A stretch of DNA of 64,000 nucleotides, taken from NCBI GenBank assembly GCA_024679065.1, contig JAGIQG010000026.1, forward strand, positions 19,096,001 through 19,160,000, given 5' to 3'. A program made the position numbers and the translations under genes. The stretch is from Sphyrna mokarran (lineage: Eukaryota). Under the pieces are notes generated by a model. That model saw only the letters and a list, made by a program, of their open reading frames with translations, was not told the DNA's origin and ran no database searches. Shown here one piece after another: positions 14,179 through 27,189 of this stretch (position 1 is its first letter; every line of letters starts with the position of its first letter).

Positions 14179-14236
14179 TTACGTGCCAATTCATGACTAC
14201 AACTCTTTTGTTGTCAGCTTTTTTGAAACATTGCAA
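14179..14236 (+). CDS. Candidate coding exon of an unidentified gene
   Basis: ggcacacag| ... CAA|GTGAGT; two open frames (TCQFMTTTLLLSAFLKHC or YVPIHDYNSFVVSFFETLQ). Confidence 0.45.
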
Positions 14237-14740
14237 GTGAGTAAGCACACGCTTTCTAAACTGTCTTCCAAGCCTATCAAAGTATAGTAAATATTGCAAT
14301 GTTAAATGTTTCCTCCTCTAACCTTATGGAGAATGAGTATTTAAATACTCAAGCAGATATTTATGTCCTAGTTCATATGCTATAATAGAGGGCACTTAAC
14401 CACTTTGACAATCCCTAGTGTCTCATGGTGACTGCAAACCCTGTGACAAACAGCAGAGAAAATCCATTGTTTGTAATGGAGCTGTGAAAGCCATCATGAT
14501 GATTTAATTAATCCTTCCTGAATATCTGACCTTTGTACAGCCAGTGTTGGTTAGAAATTTTAACCTATGATAGCAAAGCTTATCAACGGCAATACGTAAT
14601 GTGTTCTGAGTGCTATACATATATAGGTGTTTCTGTTGCTGAGATAATAAGTACACGCAGATGTGAATTTTGAACTGCTTTGCTGTTGAACTGTTTCAAG
14701 CCACTTAGTGCTAGTCTAGTGTTCTCTAACTACTGTATAG

Positions 14741-14808
14741 ACTCTGGCTAAAGGAGCAAGAAATCCTAGTTCTTGCTATTGAAGAGAAGAATAAATTCTA
14801 CAACAAAG
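14741..14808 (+). CDS. Candidate coding exon of an unidentified gene
   Basis: CTAAC branch-like motif then tgtatag| ... AAG|GTAAGA; only one open frame, LWLKEQEILVLAIEEKNKFYNK (phase 2-1). Confidence 0.5.
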
Positions 14809-17033
14809 GTAAGACTAGATACACAGTCTGCATTTCAAGATGGGGTGCCAAGCAATAGTTCCCTGTCTTTTTGAAATGGACTATGTCAGAAATATCCTTA
14901 TCAAACTATTTGTATGGAAATATTTGACATTTTCATTGATTTTTGGAGTGATATTCCCTTGAATACGGAAGATTGTAAGTTATATTAATTTGGATTGTTC
15001 TGATGATTAAAGGACTTGATAGGATGGACGAGGTGAATTTTGTCTGCTGAGGGGGTTTGAAACAAGGCTGAATAATCTTTAACGAGCAAGATCATTCAGT
15101 GGTAATGTTAAGAATTTGATAATGGAAACATAGACTACTCTTCCCCACCTACTACAGGGAAGGATTGATTGTTTTGGCTTTATGCAGAGTTTTTTCAGTT
15201 TGTCACCGGGGTTAAATGAAGAGAGAGGGAAACTTGTGGAGTATTTGGCACTGAATGGGGTGGCAGAGTAGTTGGCACTGCTGCCTCTCAGTGTCAGGGA
15301 TCCAGGTTTGACTCCCACTTGGGTCACTGTCTGTGTGGAGTCTGCACATTCTCCTGGTGTCTGCATGGGTTTCCACTGGGTGCTCCAGTTTACTCCCACA
15401 GTCTGAAAGACGTGCTGGCTAGGTGCATTGGCTATGCTAAATTCTTCCGCGTGTACCCAAACAAATGTCAGAGTGTGGCGACTAGGAGATTTTCACAGTA
15501 ATTTCATTGTCGTATTAATGTAAGCCTACTTCTGATACTAATAGATAAACTTTGGCCTTGTGATTGGGCTGAACAGCCTGGCATTGTGCTGTCAATATTC
15601 TTTTTTAAAAATCCCATTGCTATTACAAGCTAATTTTGGTGGTTGAAGAATCCTGGTCAGAACTCTGCCTTTTTTTGTTACAGTAAGGCGATGAAATATA
15701 TACTTGTGCTGGAGCAATTGCACAAAACCATGGCTCAACATGTCATTCAAAGAAAGAAATGGTTAAACAATGCAGCCAACCTTCCATTCTGCAGTAGACT
15801 ATTCATTTGATAGTGTCAAAACCTTGAGGTGGGACATTGCTGTATCTTCTCAAATGTAATATGGTCACCACACAAAAAAAAACATTGCCATGTATTGCAG
15901 CATTCTGGAACTATAGATACTGTTGTCTCCACTGCATCTACAGTGACATTACCATATTGCCGATTTTCCCCCCACACCCCAATTCTGACCAAAATTCAGT
16001 TGCCCTCATAAAGCAAATCATTACAGATTTTTACTTTAAAAGTTTAATGCTAATAAATGTAAACTTGGTGGGGGGAAGAGCTGGCAAGTTGTGTTTTTTA
16101 TTTTGTAGCTTTGAGCTGCTGGTAGCTTGCACTTGACTATCCCATGCAATGAGGCAAGGTGTTCCTGGATTGTGATCTTTGCCTTCAGAGCTTGCGTGCA
16201 CATTCAATATCTGCTTAATCTTCAGCAGTCATGCTTTTGGAGTTTGTCCCATGCTTGTGCCCGTGCTGTAAGTCGTTTACAGTTCTTAGTCATTGCATCA
16301 AAAAACAGCCATTTGTAAGTCTTGAATCTACCAGGAATCAAAGGCCTGCTCTTGTTGCTATTCTGGTTTGATGGTAGTAGTGCTTCATAAACATCTGAAG
16401 CAAATTTACTTGTCTACAAGGGATTTAATTTTCTAGTCTGTACACTTCTATATTGCACAATACAAGAAAAAAATTGACATCAGCAAACTGCACTCTGCTT
16501 GGGTAGATTTCCGGTAACAAAATCAAGGTCCACCAATAATTCTTGCTTGCTTTGCATATTTGCAGGAGGTTAAAGATTATTACTGTCACATGTAGGTTTA
16601 CATTAACACTGTAATGAAATTACTGTGAAAATCCCCCAGTCTCTAGAAATCTGGCACTGGTTCTGGTACTCTGAGGGAAAATTTAGCATGGCCAATGCAC
16701 CTTAACCAGCATGTCTTTGGAATATGGGAGGAAACCTACGCAGACACAGGGAAAACGTGCAAACTCCACACGGACAGTGACCCAAGCAGGGAATCAAACC
16801 CAGGTCCCTGGTGCTATGAGTCGGCAGTGCTAACCATTGTGCCATTTGAAGGGTTAGAATGCCTTATTTGGTTTAATAGTGTTCATCACTCCCATAAGTG
16901 CCCTGAGCAGCTTACTTTTATTGGGCCTGCTATTTTTTACTTGTAAGTAACCCAAGAGAGTATAAATAGTATCTTTGAGACCCGAACTCTTACCCTCTTG
17001 TCTTTCACACATGTGCTTATTTTGTTTTTCCAG

Positions 17034-17216
17034 ATGTACCAAACAAATATTTGGCTGGTTGTTAATGTCCATTATTTTTCTCATTACACAGCAAGAACTA
17101 TACAGACAAAATCTTTTTCATCTCTATTTGATGCTTTTATTTCAAGCCACACAGGTAGAATAGCAGTAATGGTTGTCTACTTTCTTAATTCATTGCCATC
17201 AATAATATAAAATAAA
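17034..17216 (+). other. Candidate terminal exon (stop 17063-17065, AATAAA 17211-17216)
   Basis: Long pyrimidine tract ttttgtttttccag|; a phase-1 join to the 14741 exon gives DVPNKYLAGC*; polyA hexamer ~150 nt later. Confidence 0.38.
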
Positions 17217-18649
17217 GACTATACCATCCCTGACAATTTCTGGCAACATTTTTTCTGTTGCATTCCATCTTTCTCTCATTATGATCTGGTGAGAAAGGGT
17301 CAAATGGCTCCCATTTTTTTCCCTCTCCTCATTTGACTTCAAGAATTGTTTTTGGAAAGGATGTCAGTTTTTAAATGGTTTATGTGCCATGATCATAAGA
17401 ACCAATTAGACAGGTTTTCTTGAGTTTAACAAAGACATTAACTTTAGTGTACTTAAACTGATCTTGAGTAAAATAAAGTATGCTCTGATTTCTGTGTGCA
17501 CACACTTACTACTTTTGCACATATGCATGCTCCCCCACACCAGTAAGAGTAGGGGGGAAGGACAGATTTGCCAATTGAGTCCAAAGAAATGAGAAGAATA
17601 TAGTGTTTATAGTTTGTCTCCCCTGGCTTCATACTGAAGTTGAAGGTTTTCTGACTTTGCTTTAGATGTCAAGATGGTTATCTGGAGACATTGGTACTGG
17701 ATGGAATTCAGCAAGGATATCTCTGAATCATTGAATGTCTACAGTACAAAAGGAAGCCATTTGGCCCATCAAGTCTCTGCCAACCACAATCTCATCAACG
17801 GCCTATTCCTACAACCCCTCACATTTACTCTGCTAATCCCCCTGACATGAGTCAATTTGGCATAGCCAATTCACCTAATGCGCACATTTTTGGACTGTGG
17901 GGGTGAACTGGAGGAAAGCCACGCAGACATAGCCACAGTCATCAAATGGGATTCAAAGCTTGCAATGTGAGTTCGAGGGAGAGCGGAAAGGAGGAAGGGT
18001 CCCACCCGGCTCTTCTCTCACCCACACTGAGCTGCTTGTTCTTTTGCAGAGACAGCAGATGTTTAAGCACAAAAAAAAGTCGGCTTGTCACATGCCCATC
18101 ACCCAGTAATGGTCATTACTAGTGTATTCTCTCTTGTAACGTAGTTGAAATCTATGCATCTTCTTCTTCAGCCGGTGCCTCATTATTCAACTGAGTTTAG
18201 TGTATTCTCATTGTAGCTTGGCTTCATGTCTGGAAACCCCCTGCTGAGTATCCCGGATGATTGCCTTGATACCTTTTTATGATAGATCGGATATGTGACT
18301 CACTTGTACTCTCCCGTGGCAATCATCAATGTGTCTCTATCTTGATGGATTGGAAGGCAAGAAGTCATGATGCAAATTAGGAAACCATCTTTGCAAACTT
18401 ATATTTGATCTGTCTTTTTTAAAAAAGACCTCTTCAGTTTGTCCTAGTCATGTGATTAAAAAGAAAATTATCCAACAAAAGCATGTTTTCCTGTCTTGTG
18501 CTGTAACAGTCTAAAGAGAAAAAATGCTAATGGCATAGAAATTTACTGGTCATTGTAATGTATTGGCAGACAGAACTATTCAACCTCTGCAGTGAATCCT
18601 CTTTGTTCCAAAAAACTGGTTTGTTTCTCGAAAGTTTTTTCTCTTCTGG

Positions 18650-19485
18650 CATTTACAGGATGCAAGACTGGGCGGAGAAGTGGCAGATGGGCTTCAACGC
18701 GGATAAATGTGTAGTGGTCCATTTTGGCAGGAATAATGGGATGAAGGAGTACAATATAAGGGGTAGGAGTCTTAGCTGTGTTGTAGAGCCGAAGGATCTT
18801 GGGGTCCGGGTCCATAGGACCCTTAAATCGGCCTTGCAGGTGGAGGAAGTGGTCAAGAAGGCGTACGGTGTACTGGCCTTCATTTATCGAGGAATTGAGT
18901 TTAGGAGTCAGGAGGTAATGATGCAGCTCTCTAAGACTCTTGTCAGACCCCACTTGGAGTACTGTGCACAGTTCTGGTCGCCTCACTATAGGAAGGATGT
19001 AGAGGCTATTGAAAGAGTGCAGAGGAGATTTACAAGGATGCTGCCTGGATTGGGAGGCAGGCCTTGGGAAGATAGGTTGAGGGAGCTGGGACTGTTCTCA
19101 CTGGAGAGACGTAGGTTGAGAGGCGACCTGATAGAGGTTTATAAAATGTTGAGAGGGATAGATAGGGTGGACTCTCAGAGACTATTTCCCCCGAGCTGAA
19201 ATGGTCACTACGAGAGGACACAGATTTAAGGTGCAGGGAAGCAAATACAGAGGGGATGTTAGGGGTAAGTTTTTCACTCAGAGGGTGGTGAGTGAATGGA
19301 ATCGGCTGCCGTCGGAGGTGGTAGAGGCAAACTCGCTGGGGTCTTTTAAAAGACTTCTGGATGAGTATGTGAAACGAATGGGATAGGGGGTTATAGATAG
19401 GTCTGTGGATTGGTAGATATAAATGTGATTGGCGCAACTCGTGGGCTGAAGGGCCTGTTTGTGCTGTAATGTTCTATGTTCTATT
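18650..19485 (+). mobile_element. CR1-clade LINE 3' fragment, young
   Basis: DWAEKWQMGFNADKC...RPHLEYC...LFP then MVTTRGH...FFTQRVV; single frameshift; short 3' UTR ending (TTCTATG)n. Confidence 0.95.
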
Positions 19486-22049
19486 GAAAAGTTAAGCTTA
19501 CTTATTAGTCACAAGTAAACTTACGTTAACATCGCAATAAAGTTACTGTGAAAATCCCCCAGCTGCCACACTTCGCCTGTTCAGGTACATTGGTCATGCT
19601 AAATTCTCTTTCAATGTACCTAACCAGCATGTCTTTTTGGACTGTGGGAGGAAACCCACACAGACACAGGGAGAACATGCAGATTCCATACAGACAATGA
19701 CCCAAGCCAGGAATCAAACCCAGGCACCTGGCACTGTGAGGGAATAGTGCCAATCCCCATGCTGCCCATTAATCCCATGTTGGGATTTGCTGATTGTTTT
19801 TCTAAAGGACCAGATCACAAATTTAACACAATCTAAAACTTTCAGCCACCCCAAGCATGAAACCATTTGTCCTTTGACTTGGACCTAACTAATTGTTCTG
19901 GAATTTGACAATCCATTGCCTATGACCTATTTAAGTATGACTCTCAATAGTTAACACATCTTCAAATAGTGTATGTATATTTTTTAAAACATCTATGGCT
20001 GTTTTTGTCAATTTTAGAAATAATTTGTCACCCAGTGTAGAATGCATTTTCTTTAAACCAAGACTTTTTACATATTTTATCAGGGTTGGGTAACTTATGG
20101 TATGAATGAACCACTTTAGCATTGTGAACAACTTTTTAAATGTTGCAGAACCTGAATGTTCAGGTGGAAGTCAATTTCTACTTGTTATGGAACATGGTTC
20201 GTGTCCATTCCAAGGATGCATACAGTTATTTTGCACCCACTCCATAAAGTGTTCCCGTACCTTTTTGCAGTGTACTTTTTAAAAAGATCTTGATGTTTAA
20301 ATGCTACAGTTAAAAGCACAGTTTAAAATTTGAGTTTGCAGTGTTATCGAGTAATAAGTGGCCACAGATTCACCATCCCAGATGTTTGAATAATTTTAGT
20401 TGAAAATAACTTGCCTCTTCTCGCCAATGCAGATAATAAGACTTTTTACATATATATTTAATTAACAAACATGATACCAAAGAGGCAAGCACTCTGCTTT
20501 ATGTTTTTACCATTTCACCAATAAACATGTAGCAGATTTAAAATTTGCATGATTCAACATATGGAGGGGCCATTGACTGATTGGAAATTGCCTACATCAG
20601 CTCTGACAATTTTTAGCCACTTCATCCTCTAGCCCTATTTTAATATTTTTCCCCCTTCAGATTCTAATCCAATTCTCAAATCTGATCCACCACGCTTATT
20701 TAAGTAGCACATTACCAAAATCAGCAAGTTGTTACGATCTGCTTTGATCTTTGGACCGATATCCTTAAATTGCTGTCCCCGGAACTTGTTGAAGCTTCTG
20801 CCACTTAAAGCAGATTCCCCTTATTTAATGAGTTTTTTTAATGCTCCTATTAAATCTCTCCTTTTTTAGTCTAAAGTGAAAAGCCACCACTAATCTGTCA
20901 TTTTTTTAGTTGGTCTCTTCCACATCATAGAATACCGACAGTACAGAAGGAAGCCATTTGGCCCAATGAGCCTGTATCGACCACAATCCCACCCACACCC
21001 AATTCTGATAATGCCCCCAGGTTTACCATGCTCATCCCCCTGACACAAGGTCAGTTTAGCATGACCAATCAACCCAACCCACACCTTTTTATGACGTGCT
21101 CTGAATTGAGCATAATTTTCCACCTGAGGCTCCAGCAGAGTTTTTATATAAAGACTTACCATAACTTCCTTTTCTTTGCATTTCCTTATAATAAAGCCAT
21201 GAATTCCTAACATTTTTTATCTCTAACCATTTCCGCAACTTGTCCTATCACCTTGCAATAGTGATGTATGTAACCCCCTCCCAGGTGATGTCTATGTCAT
21301 GTGAATGAGTGTTGCAATGAGTTGCCCAATAATACTTTATTACTCAATAGCCACATCTGTATTGTCACTAACCAAATATAGTTGTATATTGAGCAACACT
21401 CAGCTAGCAGGTTCATTTGTCAAAAAATTTCCATTAAATGTGAAATGGGCACAATCATGTAGCATACATCATGGGAACATTCCGACCAACCTGACCATAT
21501 ATTCACCTCCATGCAAATACATATTGAATAGTGACAATTTCTGCCACAAGAATTCCAAAGCTTCAAAACTCGCAATGATTGCCCTCTGGTCATATCGAAC
21601 ATCTTAGATCCTCTCAAATTTTAGACAACATTTAGAAACACAGAAAATAGAAGCAGGAGTAGGCCATTCATTATGATATGCCCTATTAAATATAGGACAT
21701 ATTTAATGTCCCAATCCTCTCTCCTCTCACATCCTTTGATCCTTTTAGCCCCAAAAACTATATTTAATTTCTTCTTGAAATCAATGCTTCCACAATTTTA
21801 AGTACTATGATTATATTAACCCATCTATTCCCATGAAACAAAGCTGCAAGTACTGAGCTTTTTTTAATTTTCTCTAATTAGGCAGCAGAATCTCTAAGTT
21901 CCTACTGCACTCTTTCTGAAACCTTCCTATTGTTTGGCACTTGATTTCACTAACTGAACCTGTCTTGTGGTTTAATTTATATTTCATATTTGGTACACTT
22001 TGTGATTTTAAACCTGCAATTTTTTTTTTTGAAAAAACCATTTTACTAA

Positions 22050-22332
22050 CAGGCTGACACAGTGGTTAGCACTACTGTCTCACAGCACCAGGGACCCAAG
22101 TTCATTTCTCTGTTTGGATCACTGTCTGAGCAGACGCTGCACAGTTTCCCCATGTCTGCTTGGGCTTCCTCTGGATGCTCTACTTTTCTCCCACAGCCTG
22201 AAAGACACATCAGCCATGCTAAATTCTCCTTCAGTGTACCCGAACAGGCGCCAGAGTGTGGCAACTAGGGAATTTTCAGTGACTTCACTGCAGTGTTAAT
22301 GTAAGCTTACTTGTGTCACTAATAAACTTTAA
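22050..22332 (+). mobile_element. V-type SINE with alternative (non-CR1) tail; representative of ~7 copies
   Basis: Same head/core, then CTAAATTCTCC.TCAGTGTACCCGAACAGGCGCC...TTCA.TGCAGTGTTAATGTAAGC.TACTTGTG.CACTAATAAA. Others 15255-15550(+), 16570-16845(-), 19495-19770(-), 37810-38095(+), 48560-48845(-), 56915-57183(-). Confidence 0.88.
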
Positions 22333-22524
22333 CAGTTGCAAATATATTTGGGGTCTATCCTGTATTATCCAGTGCAGGCATTCCTTACTTGTACTGTCCC
22401 TCTCTTGGACTGTTAATGTTAAGCAGTGTCCAGGAGAGCAAGTTGTATAAATACTTTTCCAGGAACATCTGCCCATCTTTTTTTAACTTGCAAGTCTAAT
22501 TCCTGTTAACACACATATTTTTTT

Positions 22525-24064
22525 TTTTAAGCAACACAGCACGGGAAACAGGCCCTTCGGCCCAACGAGCCCGTGCCACCGTAATACCAAATACATTATC
22601 CTATTTTAATATTCCTATATAATAATATATATATTAATCCTAATTTGGAAAATTTTCACCACAGGGACAATTTGTTTCCCAATCAGCCTAAGAGCGAATT
22701 TTTGGGTTGTGGGAGGAAACCGGAGTGCCCGGAGAAAACCCACGCAACCACGGGGAGAACGCGCAAACTCCCGCAGACACCGGCCCAATTCCAAGTGTCT
22801 GCACAGCCACATCGATAGTCTCTGAGCTGTCATGGTGCCCTTCAGGTGGTCCACATAAAGCACTCATATACGACATGAGGTACCAGGCAACCCATGAATC
22901 AACATCCAAGAGCTGTACCCGCACCACCTGCCGAATGCGTGCTCAAATTATGGACGAATTACCTGTGGAAAAAAGCCGTAGTTAAACAGTCCTAATATAT
23001 CCCTCTATCTGCATACCGCTCATGTGGCTGTCCAAGAGACCCTTAAACAGCCCCAGCGTGCCTGCTCCCACCACCTTACTCGGCAGTGCATTCCACACCC
23101 CCACTACCCTTTGTGTGAAAAACTGCCCTCTAATATTCGTCTTATACATAGCCCCCCTCACCCTAAGGCCATGACCCCTCGTCCTATCCATTTCTGAAGG
23201 TGGAAAAAGTTTACCTCCATTTACTCTATCTATACCCCTTATAATCTTATACACCTCTATGAGATCCCCTCTAAGCCGACGTCTTTCAAGGGAAAACAAC
23301 CCCAGTCTATCTAATCGTTCCTCATAGGACAGTCCTTCCATACCAGGCAGCATCCTGGTAAACCTCCTCTGCACTCTCTCCAAGGACTCCACATCCTTCC
23401 GATAGTACGGAGACCAGAACTGGGCGCAGTATTCCAAGTGAGGCCTAACCAAAGTTGTATACAACTGCAACATCAAACTCCTACTCTTATATTCTATACC
23501 CTTTTCTATGAAAGCTAACATACTATACGCCTTCTTTGTCACCTTCTCCACCTGTGAGGACACCTTCAGAGACTTGTGAACCTGCACCCCCAAGTCTCTC
23601 TGCGTCTCTATGCTCCTTATAGTTTTACCTTTTATCCTATAATTCTCTTCTACATTTTTCCGGCCAAAATGCATCACCTCGCATTTTTCCGGATTAAATT
23701 CCATTTGCCATCTATCTGCCCAATCTACCAACCTGTCTATGTCCTGTTGTATTGCCTGACACTGCTCTTCTGTACCCGCCAATCCAAGCATCTTGGTGTC
23801 ATCAGCAAATTTGCTGATCTCACCACCTACCCCTACTTCCAAGTCGTTTATGTAGACCACAAATAGAAGAGGACCTAGTACTGAGCCTTGTGGCACTCCA
23901 CTAGTGACAGGCTTCCAGCTGGAAAAAGAGCCTTCCACTACTACCCTCTGTCTCCTCCTTCCGAGCCAGTTTTCGACCCATCTACATACCCGACCCTGTA
24001 TCCCATGCGCCTTCACCTTCTCTATCAGTCTACCATGAGGAACCTTGTCAAACGCCTTCTGCAT
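22525..24064 (-). mobile_element. CR1-clade LINE, 5'-truncated, intact 360-aa RT C-terminal ORF, extended 3' UTR
   Basis: QKAFDKVPH, GVPQGSVLGPLLF, KFADDTK, LVRPHLEYC, LFSLERRRLRGDLIEVYK and FFTQRVV motifs; 3' tail GGGCCGAAGGGCCTGTTTCC..GCTG. Confidence 0.96.
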
Positions 24065-24609
24065 GTTTTACTGGGAACAGCCTTTTATCACTTTGCAATA
24101 TAGCTTTAGCATTGGAAATCTGATTAATAGCAGAGAAGATGTTTATGTAACTGATTTGTGTTGTCAAATACCACAACTATTGTACATTTAAACACCGACT
24201 ATCTATGGGATCAATAGTCAATTTTTTTTTCCACTCTTTGTGGGTGCTGCTGGTTGAGTAATGTTGAACTCGTCAGGAAAACTCTCTGCTCATTTTAACA
24301 CATACCTGGCCAGGTAGTCAATCTCTGAGTGACATCCCATCTGAATGTTGGCAGCTCCACAATTGCAGTCTAACCAGGTGCTGGGGGATGCTTCTAATAA
24401 GTGACACACACATGTGCCTTGAATAATCCTTCACTGGATTTCTATAGTGAGCTTTCAATTAAATTTGTTTTTTTTAAGAGCAGAAATCTCGTAGTATTAC
24501 GGGATCAGAAGATAATGCTGTTTTGTACCACAGGGCAGAACCATGGTTAGCACTGCTGCCTCCAGTGCCAGGGACCCAGGTTACATTCTGGCCTCTGTGC
24601 AAAACTGTG

Positions 24610-24827
24610 CCTAACCCTCTCTCCACTCTCATTGTCTGTACCTTTTTTAAGATTTGATTACCTCTAAAAACTTGCATTCCAACCATTATCTTGCAGATTG
24701 AGTTTGTCAATATATGTCTTGTTTGTGAATACAACTCCCACTCACCTGATGAAGAAGCAGTGCACTAAAAGCTTATGCTATCAAATAAACCAGTTGGACT
24801 TTAATCTGGTGTTGTGAGACTTCTTAT
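24610..24827 (+). mobile_element. Penelope-like element terminal repeat fragment
   Basis: CACCTGATGAAG...AAAGCT..TGCTA.CAAATAAACC..TTGGACTTTAA motif; other copies at 1-57(+), 32200-32432(-), 42880-43185 (inverted pair). Confidence 0.72.
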
Positions 24828-25095
24828 CAAATGCAGCGCAGACAGACAGTAATCTCCCTGTGACTGCGTGGGTTTCTTCCAGGTGCTCCTGTTTCCTTCC
24901 ACACTCCAAAGATATGCAGGTCAGGTGGAGTGATCATACTAAATTGCTCTGTGTTGAAAAACATGCAGATTAGGTGGATTAACCATGGTAAATTTGGGGG
25001 GGAAATGGCAAAGGGGGTATAAAATGCCCTTTCAGAGGGTCACTGTGGATTCGATAGGACGAATGTTCTCCTGCATTCTCCTGCATCTCCTTTGG

Positions 25096-25267
25096 CCTGC
25101 AGCAGTTGTAGATGCGCCAAGTTTGGTGGCGTTTAAGAGGTTAGTTGATAAGTATATGGAAGAGAAGGGAATGGTTTAGTTTGGAGGGGCATTGCTTTTT
25201 ATATTGGTCGGCGCAACATCGAAGGCCGAAGGGCCTGTTCTGTGCTGTTATGTTCTATGTTCTATGC
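25096..25267 (+). mobile_element. Very short young CR1 3' end inserted in a SINE tail
   Basis: AAVVDAPSLVAFKRLVDKYMEEKGMV* + tail (TTCTATG)n; near-identical to 51688-51810. Confidence 0.9.
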
Positions 25268-25439
25268 ATTGCAGGGATTCTATGGTTTTGATTTTGTTGT
25301 TGAAAGCGAAACCAATCTCTTTGGAAGCCAGCGATTGAAAATGTATATACCACCCAAGACTTGTTAACAGATTTGAAAAACATAATGCCCTGGGAACAGT
25401 ATCTTCACTTATATTCCGTATTTTCCACTCACTTTATCA

Positions 25440-25790
25440 TTTGATTTTAATTTATTATTGTCACAGGTACTGGGATTTAGAGAAAAGTATTGTTTCTTGC
25501 ATGCTATACAGACAAAGCATACTGTTCATTGAGTACACAGGGAAGAAGGAAAGGAAAGAATGTAGTGTTATAGTTACCAAATAGGGTGAAGAGAAATATC
25601 AACTTAATATGTGGTAATTCATTCAAAAGTCTGATGGCAGCAAGGAAGAAGCTGTTCTTGAGTCAGTTGATATGTGACCTCAGATCTTTGTATCTTTTTT
25701 CCCGATAGAAGAGTGTGTCCAGATGCATGAGATCCTTGATTACGCTAGCCGCTGTTCTGAAGCAGCAGAATGGAGACTCTGTTTGACCTG
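25440..25790 (-). mobile_element. Rex1/Babar-type LINE 3' fragment
   Basis: Minus frame KRYKDLRSHIN*LKNSFFLAAIRLLN matches the Rex1/Babar C-terminus; tail TGTGACAATAATAAA. Further copies ~7915-8065, 32740-33010, 39805-39960, 40575-40940. Confidence 0.75.
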
Positions 25791-27189
25791 CATACATAAT
25801 CCTGACTTCCCAGTCAGCTATGCTCATTGTTTTTAATTCTCTATTTTGCTTCCACTCTGAGTTGTTTTTGCACACCAATGACTTTCAAATGCAATTTCGT
25901 GAGGCAGCATCTTTTTATCTTTTAGATGGTCCCTCTTTGGATTCCACAATTTCAGATCTTAACCTCAATGTTACCCTTTGGATGGCAGCTGTTTGGTGAC
26001 GTCCACTTTAACATACACTGCCTCTCAGCTACTTTCCATTTACCACCTTGTTTTGTCTTTTCTTCACTCCGTTTTCTGTCATTTTTATCTTCAGACTATC
26101 ACAAATCTTCCTGCTTGTCAGTTCTGTTTTCCACACCAGCCTTACTTTAAAACTGTTCAATCTCTACATCCTTCCACTTCTGACAAACGTCACCTAACCT
26201 GAAAGGCTAACTTTGCTTCTCTCTCCACAGATACTGCTTGGTCTGTCGAGCATTTTCTACCACTTTGACATTTTTCATCACTTTATTGGTTTAGGATGCT
26301 TATTGTAAAATCCTTACAACACAGAAGGAGGTTATTTGGCCTATTGAGTCTGCACCGACCACAATCCCACCCAGGCCCTATTCCCATAACCCTTCATATT
26401 TATCTTGCTAATCCCTCTGACACTAGATTAAATTTAGTACGGCCAATCAACCTAACCCACACACCTTTGGACTGTGGGAGGAAACTGGAGCACCCAGAAA
26501 AAGCTCATGCAGTTACAGGGAGAATGTGTAAACTCTACATAGGCAGTAAGCCGAGGCCACTGGCGCTGTGAGGCAGCAATACCTGTGCTGCTCTGATGGT
26601 GGTAATAGCTTTGGTCAGATTAAACCACCTGTTGTAAAGGAAATGAGTTTTGAATTGTTGTAGTTTGCAAACCACCCCCTTTTTAAATCTTCTTTTTGAG
26701 TCTGAGACGAAAACAGAACGTGATCTTTAGTGTTACTGATGTATGTCAGTAATGTTGCCATATCCTGGAGATAAAACTCACACAATTTAATTTTTAAGGA
26801 GATCATGAGAAACAATTTGAGATTTTTGGAATACTTGATGGTTTGCTTCCCTTTAGAGATGAAAAAGATAAGCTGTGATACTAGTCCTCAAATGCCTTCA
26901 GCTATTTAGTAAGTTGTCTGGGCACTGGCATGGACCTGTTGGGCACATGGTCTGTTTCTGTATTGTTTGTAGACGGGACTTCATTTTGCAATAATTCTCT
27001 TCAGGTCCATTATAGACAACAATGCTGGCTCAATTGGAGCTGATTAGTGAAGTTGGTGATCCCAGGCCAATCTCCATTTTTATAAGTTCTGCGTATCCTC
27101 TATCCACATGAGTTTGACCTTGTGGACATTTTAGATTCTGTTTCAATGCAGGTTCAAAAGAATGATTACTAATCACCAAAAAGCCTTTT

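Noticed and set aside
14720-14745. Possible U12-type branch site / AT-AC acceptor
   Set aside because: TCTCTAAC is only a partial match, and no U12 donor was found at a plausible upstream exon end.
15255-15330. tRNA-like sequences with A/B boxes
   Set aside because: They continue into SINE cores and are decayed; these are SINE heads, not tRNA genes.
22615-22985. ORFs in the extended CR1 3' UTR as a possible extra LINE protein
   Set aside because: The sister copy has a 1-nt deletion, a stop and non-synonymous changes in these frames, so conservation is not at protein level.
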